The notes: generated by a model from the letters alone, not told the origin. DNA of 64,000 bases from Terriglobia bacterium (GCA_963748015.1 CAVVHE010000008.1:222070-286069); one strand, 5' to 3'; positions 19,959 through 31,339 are shown, numbered from the stretch's first letter. A program made the numbers and translations.

Positions 19959-21014
19959 ATGAGCCGACTCTGCACGACTTCTCGATGTCTGATCGCCGCC
20001 GCGGCGCTCGCCTGCGCCGCGTCCCTCGCCTGCGGAGGAGGCGGCGGCGGGGGCACCACTCCCCCGGGGCTGGCCGCGACCTTCACCCCGGCCGTCGCAA
20101 CGCCGCCCGCCGGAGGGATCGGCATGCGGGCGGGCGCTCCAACGGGCGATCTCTTCGACGTGAAGGTCTCCGTGACGGGGGACGTGAGCGATTTCTACCG
20201 GGCGGCGTTTCACGTCGTCTACGACGGCTCCGTCGCGGAGTACGTGTCCGCCGCCGACGCGTCGTCGTTCCTCCGCGACGGCGGCGCGGCGGCGCAGTTC
20301 ACCTACCAGCAGGCGGCGGGGGACCTCGCGGTGACCGCGACGCGCCTCCCGTACCCGCCCGTTCCGAACGCGTCGTTCGCCGCGTCGTCCGGCACCCCGC
20401 CCACGGGGAGCGTGGTCCTCGCCGCGGGGACGGCCGCGGGCGACACCTTCGAGGTGAAGGTCGCGGTGACGGGGGTGAGCGACTTTTTCGGGGCCGCGTT
20501 CCACGTTCTGTACGACCCCGCGGTCGCGGAGTACGTCTCGGCGGACGACGGCGCCTCGTTCCTCCGGCAGGGAGGAGCCGGCACGAGCTTCCTCTACGGC
20601 GGGTCTCCCGGCGATCTCGCCGTCTCGGCGACGCGCCTGCAGGACGGGGGCGGCTCCGTCCGCGGCGTGAACGTCCCCGGCACGGCCGACCTCCTCGTGC
20701 TCACGTTCCGCGCGAAGGCGACCGCGGCCGCGAGCCCGTTCGCCTTCGGGGTCCCGCTCGAGGTGCGGGACTCGTCGCAGCCGCCGCCCGGGCACGCGAT
20801 CTCGGTGATCTGGGAAGGGGGGACGATGACGGCCACGGTGCCGGCCGGCGCCCTCGTGACCGGCACGCGCGACCTCGTCGTGCTCCGCTTCCGCGCTCGC
20901 CAGGCGACGGCGGGGAGCGCGCTCGCGTTCTCCGCCTCGCGGCAGGTGGAGAACGCGGGGCAGGGGCCGATCTCGCTGTCGGGATGGACGGGAGGGACGC
21001 TGACCGCGAGGTGA
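19959..21014 (+). CDS. Lipoprotein with two cohesin-like domains arranged N-half/N-half/C-half/C-half
   Basis: The lipobox is SLAC followed by a Gly run. Two VKV[SA]VTG..DF[YF]..AFHV.YD segments are followed by two DL.VL.FRA...GGT.TA segments. The gene starts 11 nt after the stop of the dockerin gene. Confidence 0.65.
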   Translation: MSRLCTTSRCLIAAAALACAASLACGGGGGGGTTPPGLAATFTPAVATPPAGGIGMRAGAPTGDLFDVKVSVTGDVSDFYRAAFHVVYDGSVAEYVSAADASSFLRDGGAAAQFTYQQAAGDLAVTATRLPYPPVPNASFAASSGTPPTGSVVLAAGTAAGDTFEVKVAVTGVSDFFGAAFHVLYDPAVAEYVSADDGASFLRQGGAGTSFLYGGSPGDLAVSATRLQDGGGSVRGVNVPGTADLLVLTFRAKATAAASPFAFGVPLEVRDSSQPPPGHAISVIWEGGTMTATVPAGALVTGTRDLVVLRFRARQATAGSALAFSASRQVENAGQGPISLSGWTGGTLTAR

Positions 21015-21055
21015 GCGTCGAGGCATGAGTCCCTCGCTCGGACAGGATCCTCCGG

Positions 21056-22854
<1,799 letters not shown>

Positions 22855-23174
22855 GTTATCCCGTTACCCGTTGGAGCGATTGAGGATAGCACCGCCGGCA
22901 CCGTCTGTCTCGGGGCCTCGGGGGCGGCGGTGTCCGTTCCGCGTCCGTTCTGCCGAGTTCCGCCTCGAGGGTGTCCGCCGCGGGCCGAGGTGGGAGGGCG
23001 ACAGGCGCATGCAGCGGCTCGCCCGCCCAGCTCGAAAAGGGGGCGCCAAAGGCGTCTCGGCGGATGCCCTTGTTTTCCGGCCTGGTCGGGCGTACAAGGT
23101 CCACGAGCGAACTCGTTCGGTTCGCGCGGCCGGGACGAACCCTCCCGCGTGCACGCTGGTTCGATAGGCGACTC

Positions 23175-25400
23175 ATGAGAACGAACCGAGTTCTGCCACT
23201 TCCGACTGCGGTGTGCGTGCTGCTCGCTCTCTCTTCGGCTGCCGCCCTCGCTCAGGGCCGGGCGCCCACGCCAGCGAGCGATCCTGGAATCGCGGAAGGC
23301 GCTACCGACGCTCCCGTGGACTGGTACCTCCGAACTCCCGCCACGAGCCCGCCTGCCCGCGACCTGGCCGGGATGGCGTACGACAGCGCCCGGGGGCACG
23401 CCGTCCTCTTCGGGGGGTACAACGGCAGAGGAGGCGAGCTCTATTTCTCCGACACCTGGGTGTGGGACGGGGTGACGTGGATCCAAAAGGCGCCCCCGAC
23501 GAGCCCGTCGCCTCGCGCTCCCAGCGCGACGGCGTACGACAGCGCGCGGGACCGCGTGGTCCTCTTCGGGGGCTGGAACGGGACAGCGAATCCTCCCGTT
23601 TACGCCGACACATGGGAATGGGACGGGAAGACATGGGCCCAACGGACTCCTGCCACAAGGCCCAGCGCACGCGTGGCCGGGGGGTCGGCATACGACAGCG
23701 CGCGGGGACGCGTCGTGCTCTTCGGGGGGTACAACGGTACGAGCGGATACCTCGCAGACACATGGGAATGGGACGGGACCACGTGGGTGAGCAGGACGAG
23801 CACGACGAATCCCCCCGGGCGCGAGCTGGCCGGGATGGCGTACGACAGCGCGCGGGGACGCGTCGTGCTCTTCGGGGGGTTCCGCTGGCCCCCGGGCGAA
23901 GCTTACGACGACACATGGGAGTGGGACGGGAACGTGTGGATTCAGAGGACGCCGGCCACGAGCCCGTCGGCCCGCTACGGCGCCGCGATGGCGTACGACA
24001 GCCGGCGGGGGCGCGTCGTCCTGTTCGGGGGTATGGCGATCGGATTGCCGGACTGTCTCGTCGACACGTGGGAATGGGACGGGAACACGTGGGTCCAAAG
24101 GACGCCCGCCACGAGCCCGGGTCCCCGCGACGCTGCCGCGTCCGCTTACGACAGCGCGCGGGGGCGCGTCGTCCTGTTCGGGGGACAAAACCAGAACTAC
24201 TTTTTCGCGGATACGTGGGAGTACAAGCTGGCCGAGATCTGCAATGGCATCGACGACGACGGCGACGGCATCGTCCCCCCGGGCGAGTTCGACCACGATG
24301 GCGACCTCTACGTCGCCTGCTCGTCCTGGGTCGGCTCCGATCCGAACGTTGTCGGTGGCGGCGACTGCGACGACAACGACCCGACGGTCTACCCCGGTGC
24401 CCCGGATCCGCCGTGCGACGGTTGGAACCCGAACTGCCTCGACCCGGCTTGGCCGGCCGTCCCCCCGGACGAGATCGACCACGATGGTGACCACTACGTC
24501 GCCTGCTCGCCCTGGATCGGCTCCGATCCGGACGTCCTCGGCGGCGGCGACTGCGACGACAACGACCTATCGGTCTACCCGGGTGCCCCGGAGCAGCGGT
24601 GCGACGGAAAGATCCAGAACTGCCTGGACCCGGCCTGGCCAACCGTCCCGCCGGAAGAGATCGATCACGACGGCGACCACTACGTCGCCTGCTCGCCGTG
24701 GGTAGGAGCGGTCCAATCGATTTGGGGCGGGGGGGACTGCGACGACACGCGGGCCGACGTCTACCCTGGATACCCGGAGGTCTGCGACGGTCTGGACAAC
24801 GACTGCAACGGACAGATCGACGACGCGGGCGCGGATTCGGATCAGGATGGTGTCCACAACCTGTGCGACAACTGTCGCTTCGTCTACAACCCGGGCCAAG
24901 CCGACACCGACGTCGACGGCGTCGGCGATGCCTGCGACAACTGCCCCGGCGAGTTCAACCCCGACCAAGCGGACTACGACGGCGACGGTGTCGGGGGGGC
25001 GTGCGACAACTGCCCGGCGGACTACAACCCATCCCAAAGCGACGTGAACGGCGACCATGTCGGGGACGTGTGCGACCCGAACGACGGCTTGATCTACGTT
25101 TTCGCCGGGTACCTCTCGAGCATCGAGTGGTACCCGGAGACCGGTCCGACGACCTGGAACGTGTACGAAGGCGAGCTGGACGTCCTCCGTTCCACCGGCG
25201 TCTACACCCAGGAGCCCGGGTCCAACGACCTCGCCGCCAGATTCTGCGGGGTGACGGACACGTGGATTGCGGACGACGCATCGCCGCCGCTTGGCAAGGT
25301 CAAGTTCACGCTGGTGACCGGGGTGCAGAACGGGGTCGAGTGGAGCCTGGGGACGGGATCGCAGGGGGTCACGAGGCCGAACACGAATCCGTGCCCGTGA
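23175..25400 (+). CDS. Secreted mosaic protein: 6 Kelch-type blades + 3 MopE-like Cys/Asp metal-binding repeats + thrombospondin type-3 Ca-binding repeats + C-terminal domain
   Basis: A signal peptide is present at the ATG at 23175. There are six [13 protein letters not shown]...DTWEWDG units and three 62-aa DHDGD.YVAC...GGGDCDD...YPGAP..CDG units. These are followed by DSDQDG..CDNC...[22 protein letters not shown]3 repeats. Confidence 0.7.
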   Translation: MRTNRVLPLPTAVCVLLALSSAAALAQGRAPTPASDPGIAEGATDAPVDWYLRTPATSPPARDLAGMAYDSARGHAVLFGGYNGRGGELYFSDTWVWDGVTWIQKAPPTSPSPRAPSATAYDSARDRVVLFGGWNGTANPPVYADTWEWDGKTWAQRTPATRPSARVAGGSAYDSARGRVVLFGGYNGTSGYLADTWEWDGTTWVSRTSTTNPPGRELAGMAYDSARGRVVLFGGFRWPPGEAYDDTWEWDGNVWIQRTPATSPSARYGAAMAYDSRRGRVVLFGGMAIGLPDCLVDTWEWDGNTWVQRTPATSPGPRDAAASAYDSARGRVVLFGGQNQNYFFADTWEYKLAEICNGIDDDGDGIVPPGEFDHDGDLYVACSSWVGSDPNVVGGGDCDDNDPTVYPGAPDPPCDGWNPNCLDPAWPAVPPDEIDHDGDHYVACSPWIGSDPDVLGGGDCDDNDLSVYPGAPEQRCDGKIQNCLDPAWPTVPPEEIDHDGDHYVACSPWVGAVQSIWGGGDCDDTRADVYPGYPEVCDGLDNDCNGQIDDAGADSDQDGVHNLCDNCRFVYNPGQADTDVDGVGDACDNCPGEFNPDQADYDGDGVGGACDNCPADYNPSQSDVNGDHVGDVCDPNDGLIYVFAGYLSSIEWYPETGPTTWNVYEGELDVLRSTGVYTQEPGSNDLAARFCGVTDTWIADDASPPLGKVKFTLVTGVQNGVEWSLGTGSQGVTRPNTNPCP
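24288..24800 (+). repeat. Intragenic tandem repeat, 186-nt period (units start at 24288, 24474, 24660; third unit diverges)
   Basis: The unit starts were located directly (ttc/atc gaccacgatgg.gac...). The repeat encodes the MopE-like 62-aa units. Confidence 0.8.
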
Positions 25401-25404
25401 GCGG

Positions 25405-25436
25405 GTGGGGTCGATCCCGCGCCCCACTTTCCTTTC
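25405..25436 (+). terminator. Putative intrinsic terminator after the Kelch/TSP3 gene (GTGGGG...CCCCAC followed by TTTCCTTTC)
   Basis: The hairpin and T-rich tract begin 5 nt after the stop codon. Confidence 0.4.
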
Positions 25437-25550
25437 GCATCATCCCGGCGGGCCGCGCCGAAGGTGAGCCTGGTCCTTCTGGTCAGCGCCGAAGTGGCGG
25501 ATGCGCTGGGACCTCATGCGTCTCTAGGCTCGCGCATCGTCGATCTGCCG

Positions 25551-26327
25551 TCAGTAGCCCATGACGTGATACCCGGCGTCCACGTAGAGCGTGGTGCCGG
25601 TGATCCCGGAGGACAGGGGGCTGCACAGGAAGAGGGCGGCGTCTCCCACCTCGGACGGCTCGATGTTGCGGCCGAGAGGGGCGTACTTGCGGTGGTGCGT
25701 GGCGAGCGTGTTGAACCCGGTGATCCCGCGCGCCGACAGCGTCGGCACGGGGCCGGCCGAGATCACGTTGACCCGGATGTTGTGCGGCCCCAGCTCGAAC
25801 GAGAGGTGGCGCGCGGCCTGCTCGAGGGCCGCCTTGGCGGTCCCCATGACGTTGTAGTTCGGGAAGACGCGCGAGCTCCCCTGGAACGAGAGCGCGACGA
25901 TGCTCCCGCCTTCCTTGTCCATCAACCGCGCCGCCCTGTCGGCCAGCGCGACCAGGGAATACGCGGAGACGTCGAGGGCGATCCTCCATCCCTCGCGGCT
26001 CGTCTTGCGAAACTCCCCCTCGAGCTCCTCGCGCCGCGCGTGGGCGATGGAGTGGATCAGGATGTCGAGCTTGCCGAACTGGCTCCGGAGCTGCGAGAAG
26101 ACGCCGTCCATCTGATCCTCGCTCATCACGTCGCACGCCATGACGAGCGAGCCGGGGATCTTGGAGGCGAGCGAGGTGACGTTCTCCTGGAGGCGCTCCC
26201 CCTGGTAGGTGAACGCGAGGCGGGCGCCGGCCTTCGACAGCGCGGACGCGATCGCCCAGGCGAGCGAGCGCTGGTTCGCGACGCCCATCACGAGCGCGGT
26301 CTTACCCTTCAGGTCGATGGCTCGCAC
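25551..26327 (-). CDS. fabI: Enoyl-[acyl-carrier-protein] reductase (NADH) FabI
   Basis: The 258-aa product has GKTALVMGVANQRSLAW, the Y-x6-K region (NVMGTAKAALE) and the C-terminus ITGTTLYVDAGYH. Confidence 0.9.
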   Translation of the reverse strand: MRAIDLKGKTALVMGVANQRSLAWAIASALSKAGARLAFTYQGERLQENVTSLASKIPGSLVMACDVMSEDQMDGVFSQLRSQFGKLDILIHSIAHARREELEGEFRKTSREGWRIALDVSAYSLVALADRAARLMDKEGGSIVALSFQGSSRVFPNYNVMGTAKAALEQAARHLSFELGPHNIRVNVISAGPVPTLSARGITGFNTLATHHRKYAPLGRNIEPSEVGDAALFLCSPLSSGITGTTLYVDAGYHVMGY

Positions 26328-26372
26328 GGTTTACCTCCTTGCCCCGGCTCCCAGGCCGCATATCCATAGCGT

Positions 26373-26401
26373 AGATTAGGAGATAGGGCCGGGACTTGCA
26401 A
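26373..26401 (-). promoter_or_regulatory. Candidate sigma70-type promoter for fabI (TTGCAA - 17 nt - TAATCT on minus strand)
   Basis: The hexamers were read on the minus strand, 45-75 nt upstream of the fabI ATG. There is no experimental support. Confidence 0.3.
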
Positions 26402-26433
26402 CGACGGCGCGTTTCGCCCAGGCACCCCCGTCT

Positions 26434-27459
26434 TCAGAGCCTCAGGTTCGGATCGGCGTTGAGATCGAGCCCGGCGTGGTCGCCCCGCTCGAGGTGGAGG
26501 AACCCCGCGGCGGCGATCATCGCGGCGTTGTCGGTGGTGTACACCGGCGAGGGCATGAACACGGACAGGCCGTTCTCGCGCGCGGCGTCGAGGAACGCCC
26601 GCCTCAGCCTCCGGTTGCACGCGACCCCCCCGGCGAGCAGCACCGTCCGCACGTCCTCGCGCCGGCAGGCGCGGAGCGTCGTGTCCACGAGCGCCTCGAC
26701 GGCCGCGCGCTGGAACGAGGCCACGACGTCGCGGACGCGCGGCGAGACCTCCCCGCCGGTCGCCGCCGGCTGCACCAGCCCCTCCCGCTGAGCGAGCCTG
26801 CGGACGGCCGTCTTGAGGCCGCTGAAGGAGAAGTCGAGCGAGCGGTCCTTCATCACCGCTTTCGGGAACGCGATCGCGCTCTCGTCCGCTCCCTCCGACA
26901 GCCGGTCGATGACCGGGCCGCCGGGGTACCCGAGTCCGAGGAGCTTCGCGACCTTGTCGAACGCCTCGCCCGCCGCGTCGTCGCGCGTCCGCGCGAGGAG
27001 GCGGTAGGTGCCTTCCTCCGGGCAGAGGTAGAGCGACGTGTGCCCTCCGGACACCACCAGGGCGACCGCGGGCAGCGCGATCTCGGGATGCTCGATGAAC
27101 GGCGAGCGGATGTGCCCCTCGAGGTGGTTCACGGCCAGCAGCGGGATGCCGCGGTGCCAGGCGATCGCCTTCGCGGCGCAGAGGCCGACGAGGAGCGAGC
27201 CGACGAGGCCGGGACCCGCGGTCACCGCCACCGCGTCGATCCGCTCGATCCCTCCTCCCGCGGCCTCGAGCGCCTCGGTCACGATCGGGCCGATCGCCTC
27301 CACGTGGTGGCGCGAGGCCAGCTCGGGCACCACGCCGCCGTACTTCCGGTGCACGTCCACCTGCGAGGCCACCACGGAGGAGAGGACGCGCGTGCGGTCC
27401 TCGACCACGGCGGCGGCGGTCTCGTCGCAGGAGGTCTCGATGGCGAGGATGCGCGGCAT
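26434..27459 (-). CDS. tsaD: tRNA N6-adenosine threonylcarbamoyltransferase TsaD
   Basis: MPRILAIETSCDETAAAVV...GGHTSLY...LGLGYPGGP is typical of TsaD. I chose the internal ATG at 27459, because the ORF-track N-terminal extension is Arg/Pro-rich junk. Confidence 0.9.
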   Translation of the reverse strand: MPRILAIETSCDETAAAVVEDRTRVLSSVVASQVDVHRKYGGVVPELASRHHVEAIGPIVTEALEAAGGGIERIDAVAVTAGPGLVGSLLVGLCAAKAIAWHRGIPLLAVNHLEGHIRSPFIEHPEIALPAVALVVSGGHTSLYLCPEEGTYRLLARTRDDAAGEAFDKVAKLLGLGYPGGPVIDRLSEGADESAIAFPKAVMKDRSLDFSFSGLKTAVRRLAQREGLVQPAATGGEVSPRVRDVVASFQRAAVEALVDTTLRACRREDVRTVLLAGGVACNRRLRRAFLDAARENGLSVFMPSPVYTTDNAAMIAAAGFLHLERGDHAGLDLNADPNLRL

Positions 27460-27464
27460 GGCGT

Positions 27465-28510
27465 CTACGTCGCGCCGAAGAGGGAAGGAATCGAGGCGCG
27501 GTAGGGGGGCCGGGCGATCCCCTTCTCGGTGACGATCGCGGTGACGTAGCGGGCGGGGGTCACGTCGAACGCGGGGTTCCGCACCGCGACGCCCACGGGC
27601 GCGAGCTGCACGCCGTAGAGCTCCACCACCTCCCGCGGGTCGCGCTCCTCGATCGGAATGTGGTCCCCGTCGGGGCAATCGAGATCGACCGACGAGAGGG
27701 GCGCCGCGACGTAGAACGGCACGCCGTTCGCCGCCGCGAGCACCGCCACCGAATAGGTCCCGATCTTGTTCGCCACGTCGCCGTTCGCCGCGATGCGGTC
27801 GGCGCCCACGACGACCAGGTCGATCTCGCCGCGGTAGAGGAACTCCCGGCCATGTTGTCGGTGATCAGGGTCGTCTCGATGCCGTCCTTCATCAGCTCCC
27901 AGGCCGTGAGCCGCGCCCCCTGGAGGTACGGGCGCGTCTCGTCGGCGAACACGCGGACCTTCTTCCCGGCCTCCACCGCGGCCCGCACGACGCCGAGCGC
28001 CGTGCCGTAGCCCGCGGTCGCGAGGCCGCCCGCGTTGCAGTGGGTCAGGATCGATGCGGTCTCGGGGACGAGTGCTTCGCCGTGGCGCCCGATCGCGCGG
28101 CAGGCCTCGAGGTCTTCGTCCCGGATGCGGCGGGCCTCGTCCTCGAGCAGCGCCGCCACGTCGCGCGGACCGAGGCCGCCCGTCCGGGCGCGCTGCGCCG
28201 CGCCCCGCATCCTCGCGATCGCCCAGGGGAGGTTGACCGCGGTGGGCCTCGCCGCGCGCATCAGCCGGTACAGCTCGTCCATCCTCCGGTCGAACTCCGG
28301 TCCGTCGAGCCCCGCGGCCTGCGTCGCGCCGAGCGCCAGCCCGAATCCCGCCGCCACCCCGATCGCCGGCGCCCCCCGCACCGCCATCCCCCGGATCGCC
28401 TCGGCCACCTCCTCGGGACTCCCGGCTTCGAGGTACACCTCTTCCCGCGGAAGCCTCCTCTGGTCGATCATCCGGACCCCGCCCTCGCTTCTCTCGACCG
28501 TGACGAACAT
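27465..28510 (-). CDS. mtnA: S-methyl-5-thioribose-1-phosphate isomerase MtnA (one frameshift at about 27843 as assembled)
   Basis: The N-terminal part comes from ORF 27560..28510 (MIDQRRLP...[17 protein letters not shown]...ITDNMAG). The C-terminal part comes from ORF 27465..27809 ([18 protein letters not shown]...AFDVTP). They join after a 1-nt indel. Confidence 0.8.
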
Positions 28511-28515
28511 GCCGG

Positions 28516-28684
28516 GATTATATGCATGGTGGTGCGCACCTTGTGACGAACGTCAAGGAACATGTTGAAAGGAAAGGGCTTGCAGCTTCGGGGCGCAGGT
28601 GTCGCATCCCGGAGGGGTGAGCCCCGTCCCGGCGCGCCAATTCGCGCCGCGCTCCACAAGCTTCGCACCACCATGCTTATAATC
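28516..28684. promoter_or_regulatory. Divergent control region bounded by a 21-nt inverted repeat (28516-28536 / 28664-28684, 1 mismatch), each arm carrying an outward-facing TATAAT
   Basis: The minus-strand TATAAT (28522->28517) lies 6 nt from the mtnA ATG (28510). The plus-strand TATAAT (28678-28683) lies 7 nt from the mutase ATG (28691). An internal palindrome TGACGAACGTCA is at 28544-28555. Confidence 0.5.
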
Positions 28685-28690
28685 GAGGGG

Positions 28691-30355
28691 ATGCAAGAAG
28701 AAGGTGCCGGCGCCAGATCGAGGTGGGAGAACGGGATCCTCCGGGAGGCGCTCGCGAAGGCGCCGGAGCGGCGGGAGCGGTTCGAGACGGGGTCGGGGCT
28801 GCCGGTGGAGCGGCTCTACACCGCGGAGGACGTGGCGTCGCTCGATCCGGAGGGCGACCTGGGGTACCCGGGGGAGTTCCCGTTCACGCGGGGCACGCAG
28901 CCCACGATGTACCGCGGCCGGCTCTGGACCATGCGGCAGTACGCCGGGTTCGGGACGGCGCTCGAGACCAACCGGCGCTTCCGCTACCTCCTCGAGCAGG
29001 GGCAGACCGGCCTCTCGGTGGCGTTCGACCTCCCGACCCAGATGGGGTACGACTCGGACCACCCCCTGGCCGCGGGAGAGGTCGGCAAGGTCGGCGTCGC
29101 GATCTCGTCGCTCGAGGACATGGAGGAGCTCCTCGACGGGATCCCCCTCGACCGCGTCTCCACCTCGATGACGATCAACGCGACCGCGGCGATCCTCCTC
29201 GCGCTCTACGTCGCGACGGCGCAGAAGCGCGGGATCGAGCCGGCCCGCCTCGGCGGGACGGTCCAGAACGACCTCCTCAAGGAGTACGTCGCGCGCGGGA
29301 CCTACATCTATCCCCCCGCGGCCTCGCTCCGCCTCACGACCGACCTCATGGCCTGGTGCCGCGACAACGTCCCGCGCTGGAACACGATCTCGATCTCCGG
29401 CTACCACATGCGCGAGGCGGGCTCGACCGCCGTGCAGGAGGTCGCGTTCACGCTCGCGAACGCCGTCGCCTACTGCGAGGCGGCGGTCTCGCGCGGCCTC
29501 AGGTTCGAGGAGTTCGCGCCGCGGATCTCCTTCTTCTTCAACGGCCACTCCAACTTCTTCGAGGAGGTCGCGAAGTTCCGCGCGGCGCGGCGCCTCTGGG
29601 CGCGTCTCGTGCGCGAGCGGTTCGGCGTCGCGGATCCCGAGGCGTGCAAGCTGAGGTTCCACACGCAGACCGCGGGCTCGACCCTGACCGCGCAGCAGCC
29701 CGAGGTCAACGTGGTGCGCACCGCGCTCGAGGCGCTCGCGGCGGTCCTCGGCGGCACGCAGTCGCTCCACACGAACTCGATGGACGAGGCGCTCGGACTC
29801 CCCACCGAGCGCGCGGCGCTGCTCGCGCTCCGCACGCAGCAGGTGATCGCCTACGAGACCGGGGTCGCGGACACCGTGGACCCGCTGGCGGGATCGTACT
29901 TCGTCGAGGCGCTCACCGACGCGGTGGAGCGCGGCGCGCGGGAGTACCTCGCGCGCATCGACGCCATGGGGGGCGCGGTCCGGGCGATCGAGCGGGGTTT
30001 CCAGCAGCGGGAGATCCACGAGGCCGCGTACCGCTGGCAGAAGCGCGTGGAGTCGGGGGACGCCACCGTCGTCGGCGTGAACCGGTTCTCGGACGGCGCC
30101 TCGGCGCCCCCGCCCGTCCTCAGGGTGAACGAGGGGCTGGAGCGCGAGAGGGTCGAGCGGCTCGCCGCGCTCAGGGCAAGGCGCGACGGGGCCGCCGTGT
30201 CGCACGCCCTCTCCGCCGTCGAGGCCGCCGCCGGCGAAGGGAGGAACGTCGTGCCTCCGATCCTCGCCGCCGTCGAGCGGCTCGCGACCCTCGGGGAGAT
30301 CTCCGACCGGCTCCGGTCGGTGTTCGGCGTCCACCGCGAGACGTTCTCGTTCTGA
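28691..30355 (+). CDS. Methylmalonyl-CoA mutase family protein, catalytic (N-terminal TIM-barrel) subunit without fused B12-binding domain
   Basis: [28 protein letters not shown]...[20 protein letters not shown]...[10 protein letters not shown] are hallmark acyl-CoA mutase motifs. The start is ambiguous (28562, 28673 or 28691). Confidence 0.85.
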   Translation: MQEEGAGARSRWENGILREALAKAPERRERFETGSGLPVERLYTAEDVASLDPEGDLGYPGEFPFTRGTQPTMYRGRLWTMRQYAGFGTALETNRRFRYLLEQGQTGLSVAFDLPTQMGYDSDHPLAAGEVGKVGVAISSLEDMEELLDGIPLDRVSTSMTINATAAILLALYVATAQKRGIEPARLGGTVQNDLLKEYVARGTYIYPPAASLRLTTDLMAWCRDNVPRWNTISISGYHMREAGSTAVQEVAFTLANAVAYCEAAVSRGLRFEEFAPRISFFFNGHSNFFEEVAKFRAARRLWARLVRERFGVADPEACKLRFHTQTAGSTLTAQQPEVNVVRTALEALAAVLGGTQSLHTNSMDEALGLPTERAALLALRTQQVIAYETGVADTVDPLAGSYFVEALTDAVERGAREYLARIDAMGGAVRAIERGFQQREIHEAAYRWQKRVESGDATVVGVNRFSDGASAPPPVLRVNEGLERERVERLAALRARRDGAAVSHALSAVEAAAGEGRNVVPPILAAVERLATLGEISDRLRSVFGVHRETFSF

Positions 30356-30378
30356 CCTCCACCGGGAGAATCACCGTC

Positions 30379-31269
30379 ATGCGATTCCGGGCCTGCTTCC
30401 TTGCCGCCGCCGTCGCCTCCGCCCTCGCGGTGGGGGCGGAGACGGCTCCCGCCCCCAAGGTCTCCGCCGGCCTCGACGGCCTCGTCGCCGCCGAGCGGGC
30501 CTTCGCGAAGATGTCCGAGGAGAAGGGGATGCGCGAGGCGTTCCTCGCCTGGCTCGGCGAGGACGCCGTGCTGTTCCGTCCGCGCCCGGTCCCGGGGCTC
30601 GCCTGGATGCGCGAGCGGCCCGCCCCCAAGGGAGCGCTGCTGTGGAGCCCCGATTTCGCGGAGCTCTCCGACGCGGGGGACCTCGGCGTGACCTCGGGGC
30701 CCTGGGAGTACAGGCCCCCGGCCGACGCGAAGCAGCCGTCCGAGCACGGGCACTTCGTGACCGTGTGGCGGCACCGCCCGGGAGAGGGATGGAAGGTCGC
30801 GGTGGACATCGGCATCTCCCACCCGCCGGACCCCGCCGCCGCGGAAGGAGTGACCTCGCCGCCCCCCCGCTCCGCGTCGAGCGTCAGGAAGGACGCGGTC
30901 CGCTCGAGCATCGACTTGTCGCTCCTCGCCGCGGAGGAGGAGCTCGAGAAGGCGGCCGCGGAGAAGGGCTTCGCCGCGGCGCTCCTCGATCGCGCCGCCT
31001 ACGACCTCCGCCTGTACCGCGAGGGGTCGGTCCCGGCCGTCACCCGCCCGGCCGCGGGCGCCGCGCTCGCCTCGGACGCCTCGAGGCCGACGTTCAAGGT
31101 CGAGGGCTCCGGCTTCTCGCGCTCGGGAGACCTCGGCTATGTCTACGGCGCGCGCTTCGCGCAGCCGGGGAAGCAGGACGCCGCCTTCCTCCGGATCTGG
31201 CGCCGGGGCCCCGGCAAGGTCTGGCGCGTCTCGCTCGACCTGGCCATGCCGGTGCCGGCGGGCTCCTAG
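30379..31269 (+). CDS. Secreted protein with two NTF2/SnoaL-like (DUF4440-type) halves (hypothetical)
   Basis: The ATG at 30379 lies in the frame of ORF 28723..31269, and a signal peptide (MRFRACFLAAAVASALAVGA) is present. Two similar halves each end in a W(R/K)V..D motif. The family call is tentative. Confidence 0.45.
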   Translation: MRFRACFLAAAVASALAVGAETAPAPKVSAGLDGLVAAERAFAKMSEEKGMREAFLAWLGEDAVLFRPRPVPGLAWMRERPAPKGALLWSPDFAELSDAGDLGVTSGPWEYRPPADAKQPSEHGHFVTVWRHRPGEGWKVAVDIGISHPPDPAAAEGVTSPPPRSASSVRKDAVRSSIDLSLLAAEEELEKAAAEKGFAAALLDRAAYDLRLYREGSVPAVTRPAAGAALASDASRPTFKVEGSGFSRSGDLGYVYGARFAQPGKQDAAFLRIWRRGPGKVWRVSLDLAMPVPAGS

Positions 31270-31339
31270 GCGCCGGCTCCGCCCGTACGGCGATAGAATG
31301 GGGAGGCCCGCCTCGGGAAGGCACGACTGGAGGGCCGCC

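Noticed and set aside
22990-23075. Third copy of the two-tier palindromic element (shared TCGCC ... GAAAAGGGGG ... GTCTCGGCGGA order)
   Set aside because: The similarity is limited to short motif fragments, and I could not pair convincing outer arms. It is mentioned only as a lead for a covariance-model scan.
23340-25080. Regularly spaced DNA repeats that might have been a CRISPR array or satellite
   Set aside because: The repeats are in frame and encode Kelch, MopE-like and TSP3 protein repeats within one continuous ORF. There is no repeat-spacer architecture and no cas genes.
28537-28663. Possible adenosylcobalamin riboswitch upstream of the B12-dependent mutase gene
   Set aside because: I could not recognise a B12-box-like core or the usual multi-stem arrangement. 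The TATAAT boxes would also place transcription starts downstream of this segment. An Rfam scan would settle the question.
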